Of a DNA stretch of 23,897 nt, positions 13,967-20,932 are shown one piece after another. Made by a program: the position numbers and the translations under genes. The notes beneath the pieces were generated by a model. The model searched no databases. It saw nothing but the letters and a program-made list of their open reading frames with translations, and was not told the origin of the DNA. How positions within the stretch are numbered: the first letter of the stretch is position 1; each line of letters starts with the position of its first letter. This DNA comes from Vulcanimicrobiaceae bacterium (lineage in GTDB: Bacteria > Vulcanimicrobiota > Vulcanimicrobiia > Vulcanimicrobiales > Vulcanimicrobiaceae): positions 13,159 to 37,055 of the forward strand of contig JBHEMM010000025.1 in the NCBI GenBank assembly GCA_046262595.1, read 5' to 3'.

Positions 13967-14195
13967 ACTCCGCGTTTACTTCGATGAAGTTTTGCCACTT
14001 GCCCGGCACGTCGGAGTCGGCAAAGATCGCTTCCACGGGACACGCGGAAACGCAGGCCCCGCAGTCGATGCAGACTTCGGGATCGATATACAGCATCGTG
14101 TCGTCTTCAGCGCCGTGGATACAATCCACCGGACACACGTCGACGCAGGACTTGTCCTTGGTTCCAATGCACGGTTCCGTGATGACGTAGGCCAT
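13953..14195 (-). CDS. fdxA: 7Fe-type ([3Fe-4S]+[4Fe-4S]) ferredoxin, 80 aa
   Basis: MAYVITEPCIGTKDKSCVDVCPVDCI...YIDPEVCIDCGACVSACPVEAIF has the Cys spacing of FdxA/FdI-type ferredoxins. ATG at 14195. Confidence 0.93.
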   Translation of the reverse strand: MAYVITEPCIGTKDKSCVDVCPVDCIHGAEDDTMLYIDPEVCIDCGACVSACPVEAIFADSDVPGKWQNFIEVNAEYFKK

Positions 14196-14208
14196 GATGC
14201 TCGATTCT

Positions 14209-14244
14209 GTTCCTTGCTGCGCAGCAGTTCCTTTTAGCCTAACA
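14209..14244 (-). promoter_or_regulatory. Extended -10 promoter (TGtTAGGCT) with a downstream palindrome, for the ferredoxin operon
   Basis: TG-T-TAGGCT at 14244-14236. Perfect 12-bp palindrome TGCTGCGCAGCA at 14215-14226, bracketed by two AAGGAAC copies (14233-14227 and 14215-14209). Confidence 0.5.
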
Positions 14245-14284
14245 TGCGGGAGCGGCCGGACGCTTCGATAAAACTCTGCGGCCT

Positions 14285-14539
14285 TTAGCCGACGATCCGC
14301 CGCCCCGCGCCCATCCGCACGAGCGCGATGAGCGCGAAACCTCCGCAGGCCGCCGCAGCGATACTCCACCCGTCGAACGCATCGAAGGCCGGCCGGTGCA
14401 CCGCTAGCTTATAGACAAATGCGGCCAGTCCGCCGCCGAGCAGGCCGACCAGCGTATCGGAACCCAGGCCCGGAGAATCGGGAAGCACGTACCGCGCGGC
14501 CAATCCCGCGAGCACGCCGGCGAGCGCTTCGATTGCCAT
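14285..14539 (-). CDS. GlsB/YeaQ/YmgE (transglycosylase-associated) family small membrane protein
   Basis: 84 aa, three hydrophobic segments; [13 protein letters not shown]...[15 protein letters not shown]...[18 protein letters not shown] fits the family pattern. Confidence 0.72.
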   Translation of the reverse strand: MAIEALAGVLAGLAARYVLPDSPGLGSDTLVGLLGGGLAAFVYKLAVHRPAFDAFDGWSIAAAACGGFALIALVRMGAGRRIVG

Positions 14540-14610
14540 ACCGGCTTCTTTCCCGCATGCGCAAGCGATCTCGCGAAACTAAACCGCGGCGCAGGGGGTA
14601 ACGAAGGCGT

Positions 14611-16521
14611 ATGACCACCCTGTGCGAGTCGTGCCGGCTGCGCCCGGCCACTGTCACCGGCGAGGCGACCGGCCTGCCGCAGTATTGCGCTTCCTGCGCC
14701 GCGCGAAACCAGATGACGCGAACCGCGCTCCCGTTGATGGGTGCGGCCCTCACGGCGGCGGCGCTGGTTGCCGGCGGCGCGCTGCTCGTGCAAAAATTCG
14801 ACGTCCCACGCCGCCTGCGCAGCGGCACGCCGACGCTCGCGCAATTCTCGCGGGATCTGACGGATCTCGCGCGCAACGGCAAACTCGATCCCGTGATCGG
14901 CCGCGATACCGAAGTGGAGCGCCTGATCGCGATTCTCGCGCGGCGCAGTAAAAACAATCCCGTGCTGGTCGGCGAGCCGGGCGTAGGCAAAACGGCAATC
15001 GTGGAAGGCTTGGCGCAACGCATCGTCGCGGGCAGCGTTCCCCAGGTTCTGCGCGATAAGCGCGTGCTCGCGCTTTCGCTCGGTCCGCTCGTGGCGGGCA
15101 CCAAATACCGCGGTGAATTCGAGAGCCGCGTTAAGCGCATCTTGGATGAAGTGCGCAAGGCGGCGCGCGATGTGGTGCTTTTCATCGACGAACTGCATAC
15201 GCTGGTCGGAGCCGGCGCCGCCGAAGGTTCGCTCGATTTGAGTTCGATGATCAAGCCCGAACTCGCGCGGGGCGATCTGCAATGTATCGGCGCAACGACG
15301 TTCGACGAATACCGCAAGTACATCGAATCGGACGCGGCGCTCGAACGCCGGTTTCAACCCGTCATGGTCAACGAACCGGATATCGAGCAGACCGCGCAGA
15401 TCTTGCGCGGCTTGCGCGAGCGCTACGCGCAGCACCACAATGTAACGATTACCGATGAAGCCGTTGCGGCAGCGGCAGCGCTATCCGCGCGGTACATCGC
15501 GGATCGTTTTCTTCCCGACAAAGCGATCGATCTCATGGACGAGGCGGCGGCCTCCGTTGCGCTTGCCAATAAAGGTGCCCTGCCGCATCCGCCGGTTACC
15601 GCGGCGCATGTGGCGGGCGTCGTCACGAAATGGACGGGCATACCGCAAAGCACGCTTTCAGAGTCGCAAGCGAACAACTTGCTCGCGCTGGAACAGACGC
15701 TCGGCAAGCGCGTGATAGGGCAGCCGCAAGCCATCGCCGCGGTAAGCGAGGCAATCCGCCGCGCGCGCGCCGGCCTGCACGATCCGAATAAGCCGCTGGG
15801 CAGCTTTTTATTCATGGGTTCGAGCGGTGTCGGAAAGACGGAGCTCGCAAAAGCGCTCGCCGCATCGCTCTTCGGCACGCAGGAAGCACTGGTGCGCATC
15901 GATCTTTCGGAATTCACGGAGGCGCACACGATCTCGCGGCTGCTCGGCGCGCCGCCGGGATACCAAGGTCACGACGAGCCGGGACAATTGACCGAACCGG
16001 TGCGCCGGCGTCCGTACTGTGTGGTGCTTTTCGACGAGCTGGAAAAGGCGCATCCCGACGTCGCGGCAATTCTGCTGCAAATTCTGGACGACGGCCGGGT
16101 CACCGACGCAAAAGGCCGCACGATCGATTTCCGTCACGCGCTGATCATCATGACAACGAACGTCCCGGCCGACGAACTCAGCGATTCGTTCCGCCCGGAG
16201 TTCTTGAACCGGATCGACGAGAACGTGCACTTCAACGATCTGCGTTTGGAAGATATCGAACACATCGTCACCATTCACGTCGATGCGCTCGCCGGGCGCC
16301 TGGGCGCTCGCGACGTGCAACTGCAGCTCGATGCGCCCGCGCGCGCGTTTCTGGCGAGGGAGGCGCTCAAAGGCGGCTCCGGCGCACGCTTCGTCCAGCG
16401 CATCGTCGCGCGTCATATCAGCACGCCGCTTTCCACGGCGCTGCTGCGCGGCGAATTCAAAAACAGCGGGCGAGCCGACGTGCGTTTCGAAAACGGCGCC
16501 TTGGTTGTCCATGCCGCCTGA
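14611..16521 (+). CDS. Class 1 Clp/Hsp100 AAA+ ATPase with an atypical architecture
   Basis: AAA-1: [56 protein letters not shown]-2: [43 protein letters not shown]-terminal CESC...CASC plus a hydrophobic stretch. Confidence 0.95.
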   Translation: MTTLCESCRLRPATVTGEATGLPQYCASCAARNQMTRTALPLMGAALTAAALVAGGALLVQKFDVPRRLRSGTPTLAQFSRDLTDLARNGKLDPVIGRDTEVERLIAILARRSKNNPVLVGEPGVGKTAIVEGLAQRIVAGSVPQVLRDKRVLALSLGPLVAGTKYRGEFESRVKRILDEVRKAARDVVLFIDELHTLVGAGAAEGSLDLSSMIKPELARGDLQCIGATTFDEYRKYIESDAALERRFQPVMVNEPDIEQTAQILRGLRERYAQHHNVTITDEAVAAAAALSARYIADRFLPDKAIDLMDEAAASVALANKGALPHPPVTAAHVAGVVTKWTGIPQSTLSESQANNLLALEQTLGKRVIGQPQAIAAVSEAIRRARAGLHDPNKPLGSFLFMGSSGVGKTELAKALAASLFGTQEALVRIDLSEFTEAHTISRLLGAPPGYQGHDEPGQLTEPVRRRPYCVVLFDELEKAHPDVAAILLQILDDGRVTDAKGRTIDFRHALIIMTTNVPADELSDSFRPEFLNRIDENVHFNDLRLEDIEHIVTIHVDALAGRLGARDVQLQLDAPARAFLAREALKGGSGARFVQRIVARHISTPLSTALLRGEFKNSGRADVRFENGALVVHAA

Positions 16522-16529
16522 GCAAGCGC

Positions 16530-16562
16530 TCTCAAATCGTTCACAGCATGGCGCTCTATGCT
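16530..16562 (+). promoter_or_regulatory. OmpR/PhoB-family tandem box plus -10 element (probable leaderless promoter)
   Basis: TCTCAA-N5-TCACAG (16530-16546, 11-bp period), then 10 nt, then TATGCT (16557-16562), then 7 nt, then ATG 16570 with no Shine-Dalgarno sequence. Confidence 0.55.
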
Positions 16563-16569
16563 GAGCGGC

Positions 16570-17052
16570 ATGAAGAAGCCATTCTTTGCTCTCGTCCTTG
16601 CGGCGGCGTTGATGCCGCTCGCAGCAGCTCCCACGCTCGCGCAAGCGCCGCCCGCGGGGCCTCCGGCTTTCCGCGCGCAGATGGAACAACTCCACGCGAC
16701 GGCAAAAACGAACGTGTTCAACGCGCTTAGCGCGGATCACCGGACGCGCGTGCAAGCGATCATCAATCAGGTGAACGCCGGAACACTCGACCGCCGCGGT
16801 GCCGCATCACAGATCGACGCATTCCTTTCGCCTTCCGAATCGCAAGCGATTCTGGCGGAAGGCAAAAAAATGCACGATGCGATGCGGCAGTACTTCGCCC
16901 AGAATCCGCCGCGGGGCGGCGAACGCATGGGCGGCCCGGGTGCACGCGGCCGACGGGGCACGCAAGCTCAGCATGAACGCACGCCGGATGCCGGACGCAT
17001 GGTGGTGATGCTCGGCGCAAACCGGCGGCAGCGGCCGCCGAGCCAGCCTTAA
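16570..17052 (+). CDS. Exported alpha-helical protein, possibly Spy/CpxP-like (LTxxQ) chaperone
   Basis: Signal peptide MKKPFFALVLAAALMPLAAAPTLA|Q; two LTxxQ-like turns (ALSADHR, FLSPSES); Gly/Arg/Pro-rich tail. Confidence 0.7.
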   Translation: MKKPFFALVLAAALMPLAAAPTLAQAPPAGPPAFRAQMEQLHATAKTNVFNALSADHRTRVQAIINQVNAGTLDRRGAASQIDAFLSPSESQAILAEGKKMHDAMRQYFAQNPPRGGERMGGPGARGRRGTQAQHERTPDAGRMVVMLGANRRQRPPSQP

Positions 17053-17068
17053 AACGGATCGCCCAACG

Positions 17069-17560
17069 TTACAGCAAAGCGCGGATCGATGCTTCGATCT
17101 GCGCTTTGCTCATTTCACCCACGACGATTTTGCGCACGACGCCGTCGCGCGAGATAAAAACGTGCACGGGCAGGCCGTTCACCAGGTACGCGCTCTCTAA
17201 ACTGCCGTCGTCGACGACCGCCGGATAAACCAGCGAATATTTACGCACGAAACCGCGCGCTTGCACGGCGCCTTCCAATTCGTCCACGCCCACGACCCGC
17301 AGCCCTTGCCGCGCATATTTCTTCTGCAGCGCATTGACGTCCGGAGCTTCAGCGTTGCACGGAGGGCACCAAGTGGCAAAGAAGTTCAGATAGACCGGCT
17401 TTCCGGCCAGCGAGGACATCGAGAGCTTACTTCCCGACGCCGTTGTTTGTGACCATTGCGGCGCCGGTTGACCAACGTGGGCCACCGTTGATTCGCCGCC
17501 GTGCGCGCACGCGGCTACCACCGCGAAGACGGGTGCTAATGCGATGGAACGTTTAACCAT
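17069..17560 (-). CDS. TlpA/ResA-family thiol:disulfide oxidoreductase, lipoprotein
   Basis: Lipobox VAA-C; GKPVYLNFFATWCPPC; cis-Pro motif GLPVHVFISRDG. Start overlaps the ribF stop by 8 nt. Confidence 0.92.
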   Translation of the reverse strand: MVKRSIALAPVFAVVAACAHGGESTVAHVGQPAPQWSQTTASGSKLSMSSLAGKPVYLNFFATWCPPCNAEAPDVNALQKKYARQGLRVVGVDELEGAVQARGFVRKYSLVYPAVVDDGSLESAYLVNGLPVHVFISRDGVVRKIVVGEMSKAQIEASIRALL

Positions 17561-18470
17561 AACTCGGATACGCCACAGCCTGCACGTCGAGATTCATCTG
17601 CTGCATCAATGCCTCCGCATTTTGAAACGTCTGCTGCCCGCGCACGAAGCGCAAATCGCGCAACGCCAACTGCTCGCCGTAAATCGTGCCTTGAAAATCG
17701 CGCAGCCACGCTTCGATCGTTCGCTGCGATCCCTCGAACGTCGGATTCGTGCCGATCGAAACGAGCGCTGCGTAATCGCGCCCGTCGTGCCGCGCCACCG
17801 CGGCATACACGCCGTCGCGCGGAAGTAACTTTTCCGGAACGGCGATGTTCGCGGTGGGAAAGCCTAAGTCGTGGCCGCGCCCGCGACCCATCTGCACGGC
17901 GCCGCGCAGTTCGTAGCTGCCCGCAAGCAGGTCGTCGGCTTGCTGCATGTCGCCGCGCGCGATCAAGCCGCGAATGCGCGTGCTCGATATGCGCTCGCCG
18001 GCACCGTCCCGCGTATTTTCCAGCGCCTCGAACGCGACGCCGTGCGCCGCAAACGTTTGCGCCATGAGCGTCGAGTCGCCCGTGCGCTTGTGGCCGAAAC
18101 GGAACGTTCTCCCGACGACGACCCCGCGGACCGCAAGTGCCTGCAGCAGCGTGTGCGTGAGGAAGTGTTCGGCGGTTTGCGATGCGACGGCATCGTCAAA
18201 CGGCACAAAAAAGCACTCGTCGAAACCCGCCTGAGCGATGCGCGCGATGCGCTCCTGCGGCGTACAGATCAGCGCCGGCTCGGTGCCGGGGCGCAAAAAC
18301 GCCGCCGGGTGATTGGAAAACGTGAGCGCTGCGGCGCGCCATCCCGGCTTGCGCAGGCGCAGCGTGCGGCGCGCGATCTCTTGGTGACCGCGGTGCATGC
18401 CGTCGAAAAAACCGATCGCCAGAACGAGCGGGCGCCCCGGCTCACGTTCGAGCGAGTAGTGCAGCTTCAT
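17553..18470 (-). CDS. ribF: Bifunctional riboflavin kinase / FAD synthetase
   Basis: GFFDGMHRGH, FRFG, ISSTRIR, GRGRGHDLGFPTAN, SIGTNPTF. Usual position after truB, with an ATGA overlap. Confidence 0.96.
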   Translation of the reverse strand: MKLHYSLEREPGRPLVLAIGFFDGMHRGHQEIARRTLRLRKPGWRAAALTFSNHPAAFLRPGTEPALICTPQERIARIAQAGFDECFFVPFDDAVASQTAEHFLTHTLLQALAVRGVVVGRTFRFGHKRTGDSTLMAQTFAAHGVAFEALENTRDGAGERISSTRIRGLIARGDMQQADDLLAGSYELRGAVQMGRGRGHDLGFPTANIAVPEKLLPRDGVYAAVARHDGRDYAALVSIGTNPTFEGSQRTIEAWLRDFQGTIYGEQLALRDLRFVRGQQTFQNAEALMQQMNLDVQAVAYPSYG

Positions 18471-19339
18471 ACGAACACTTTTCGCGGCGCGAGCAGCGTG
18501 CCGTGCGCCTCACCGACGCCGACCAGCGTGCGCGATTCGTCGCGCACGAAGACGTGTTTGCCGGCCGCGCCGGCAGGCAACGGGACCAAACGCCCCGCGC
18601 GGAAATCAGCGGAGTGCCGCAGGTCGAGCACGATGGTGGGGAACGGAATGATCTGCTCGGGCGCAATGAGCGCTTGGCGTGGATCGTCGGCGATGTGATC
18701 GAGCGTGCGCGCTTCGGCTAACAGAAACGGCCCCGACGCTTCACGCACCAGCGCGCCCATATGGGCCGGCACACCGATGGCCGCGCCGATATCTTCGCAC
18801 AGCGTACGCACGTACGTGCCTTCGCTGCATGCGATGCGCAGACGCGCGGTGCCGCGCTCGGCGCCAAGAAGGCGCACGCCGTAAACCGTTATTGAACGGG
18901 GTTTGCGTTCCACGTCGCGGCCCTCGCGCGCGATTTCGTAGAGCCGCTTGCCCTCATGATGGACGGCGCTGTACATTGGCGGAACTTGGTCGATCTTGCC
19001 GACGAACTCAGGCAGCGCGCGATGGAGCCGTTGCAGCCAGTCAACGGGCACCGGCGTTTGCTCGAGCGTTTCCCCCGTTGCATCGCCCGTCGCCGTCGAC
19101 CGGCCCGGCACGAACGCGCAGACGTAAGCCTTGCGCTGGTCGGTTAAAAGCGGAATGAGACGGGTTGCTTTCCCGACCGCAATGGGCAGGACGCCCGCCG
19201 CTTGCGGATCGAGCGTTCCCAAATGCCCGACGCCCACATGTTTGTCGCGGGCGTACAAACCATAAATGCGGCGCATGCGCGCGACGATGCGCGCCGATGT
19301 TGGACCCGCCGGCTTAAAGACGTTGACGAATCCGAGCAC
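18467..19339 (-). CDS. truB: tRNA pseudouridine(55) synthase
   Basis: KPAGPTS, VGHLGTLDP (catalytic Asp), QVPPMYSA, GKRLYEIAR, CSEGTYVRTL. Confidence 0.97.
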   Translation of the reverse strand: MLGFVNVFKPAGPTSARIVARMRRIYGLYARDKHVGVGHLGTLDPQAAGVLPIAVGKATRLIPLLTDQRKAYVCAFVPGRSTATGDATGETLEQTPVPVDWLQRLHRALPEFVGKIDQVPPMYSAVHHEGKRLYEIAREGRDVERKPRSITVYGVRLLGAERGTARLRIACSEGTYVRTLCEDIGAAIGVPAHMGALVREASGPFLLAEARTLDHIADDPRQALIAPEQIIPFPTIVLDLRHSADFRAGRLVPLPAGAAGKHVFVRDESRTLVGVGEAHGTLLAPRKVFV

Positions 19340-19343
19340 GATC

Positions 19344-19592
19344 TTACTTTGATCGGGGCACGAGCAGCTGCTCGCGCCTGACGAAACGCCCGTAGTAATA
19401 CACGGCCGCTCCGAGCACGAACAGAATTCCTCCGAACAGCACGCCGCGCGCCGTAAAAATGGCCGCAGTACTGACGAGCAGTACGCCCAGCAACGCGACG
19501 ATGATGCCCCAGCGCAGAAACGGCGTATCGCGACGCGTCCCGAAGAGCGCGGCGCCGCCGATGACGACCGCGAGCATAACGAGCAATTTCAC
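19344..19592 (-). CDS. Small integral membrane protein, hypothetical (about 3 TM segments)
   Basis: 82 aa, GTG start; three hydrophobic runs and a basic C-terminus. Fills the nrnA-truB gap with 3-4 nt spacers. Confidence 0.75.
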   Translation of the reverse strand: MKLLVMLAVVIGGAALFGTRRDTPFLRWGIIVALLGVLLVSTAAIFTARGVLFGGILFVLGAAVYYYGRFVRREQLLVPRSK

Positions 19593-19595
19593 GCG

Positions 19596-20576
19596 CTACA
19601 GACCTTCGGCGCGCAGCGCTTCGTGCACCGCACGGATGCCTTCATCGAGCGGGCCGGCATACGTGAGCCCGGAGGCGCGGAAGTGGCCGCCGCCGCCCAA
19701 TCGGGCCGCCGCGGCTTGCACGTTCACGCGGCCGCTGCTGCGCAAACTCACGCGCATGTCGCCGTCGTAATCTTTGAACAGCGCGGCGACTTCTGCGCCT
19801 TCGACCGATCGCAGATGGTTGACGATCTCTTCCGTGTCTTCGCCGTCCGCGCCGCATGCCGCGAGCATCGCCTGCGTGACGTAAGAATAGATGAAGCGCC
19901 CGCCGTCCATCATTTGAGCCGCGTCGAGCGCCTTGCCCAGGAGTTTGATTGCCGCAAAACGTTTGTTGGCGAAAATCTCTTCGGTGATCTGCTCTTTATT
20001 GGCCCCGATCGTCATCAGTTCGGCGGAGATGCGCAGAACGTCGGGCGTCGTATTGCTGTGCATGAAGCCGCCGGTGTCCGTCATGATCGTCGTGAGCAGG
20101 CACGTGGCGATATCCACGTCGATCGGCGTGCGCAGCGCGCGCAGCAGGTGCAGCACGCAGGTCCCGGTCGAGCACTCACTTGTGAGAACGTAGTTCAGTT
20201 TGCCGAAGTGATCGTTGCCCAGATGATGATCGATATCGAGGATGTTTTCACGGTCGATCGCCGGCAAGAATTCGCCGGCGCGCGAGGCGCTGCTCATGTC
20301 GCCGAACACCCAGAGCGCGTCGGCCGGCAAATCGGCCGGAATATCGCGAGAGACGAATTCCGTATCGGGTAAAAAGCGCAGGTTGCGCGGAACCGGGTCT
20401 TGCTGAAAATATAGAACGCGCTTTCCGAGCCGCTTGAGCGCGATGCCCAGAGCCAGGCCGGCCCCGAGCGTGTCTCCGTCGGGCTTGACGTGGCTGACCA
20501 TGACGAACGCGCTGCGTTTGAGCAGCTCGTCCACAACCTCTTGGGTGCCTGAGGAAACGTTCTTCTCGTCGATCAC
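19596..20576 (-). CDS. nrnA: DHH/DHHA1 bifunctional nanoRNase / pAp phosphatase
   Basis: SHVKPDGD, DIDHH, TDTGGF, RVSLRS, GGGGH. Usual position after rbfA, with a GTGA overlap. Confidence 0.92.
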   Translation of the reverse strand: MIDEKNVSSGTQEVVDELLKRSAFVMVSHVKPDGDTLGAGLALGIALKRLGKRVLYFQQDPVPRNLRFLPDTEFVSRDIPADLPADALWVFGDMSSASRAGEFLPAIDRENILDIDHHLGNDHFGKLNYVLTSECSTGTCVLHLLRALRTPIDVDIATCLLTTIMTDTGGFMHSNTTPDVLRISAELMTIGANKEQITEEIFANKRFAAIKLLGKALDAAQMMDGGRFIYSYVTQAMLAACGADGEDTEEIVNHLRSVEGAEVAALFKDYDGDMRVSLRSSGRVNVQAAAARLGGGGHFRASGLTYAGPLDEGIRAVHEALRAEGL

Positions 20577-20932
20577 GCGTTGTCTCCGCGCGCTTGCGCG
20601 GCGGCCTGCAACGCCTGACTGATAGTGATCGCCCGCTCGGTCGAACGATCTTCCACGAAATGCAGCTCGGGAATGTGCCGCAACTTCACCAGATGCCCCA
20701 GCTCGCCGCGCAGAAAGCGGGCGGCATGCTCGAGCGCATCCATGGTCTGTTTGGCAGCGTGGCGGTCGCCGATGATCGAGACGAACACTTTGGCGTGATG
20801 CAGATCCTGCGTCACTTCCACACGAGTCACGGTGGTAAAGCCCAAACGCGGATCCTTGAGCTGCTGCGTGATCACCGTGCCGAGCGCGCGTTGAATTTCA
20901 TGGTCGATCCGCTGTTGGCGTTGAAATTTCAT
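20573..20932 (-). CDS. rbfA: 30S ribosome-binding factor A
   Basis: MKFQRQQRI...LKDPRLGFTTVTRVEVTQDLHHAKVFVS...LRHIPELHFVED. ATG at 20932 overlaps the infB stop (TGATG). Confidence 0.96.
   Translation of the reverse strand: MKFQRQQRIDHEIQRALGTVITQQLKDPRLGFTTVTRVEVTQDLHHAKVFVSIIGDRHAAKQTMDALEHAARFLRGELGHLVKLRHIPELHFVEDRSTERAITISQALQAAAQARGDNA

Noticed and set aside
14575..14601. SigB-type promoter for the clp gene (GGGTAA at 14596-14601)
   Set aside because: There is no GTTT-like -35 at suitable spacing, and the G-run can be explained as a ribosome-binding sequence.
14611..16521. Naming the ATPase clpB, clpC, clpA or clpE
   Set aside because: It lacks the M-domain, the Clp-N repeats and the ClpP-docking loop that define those classes.
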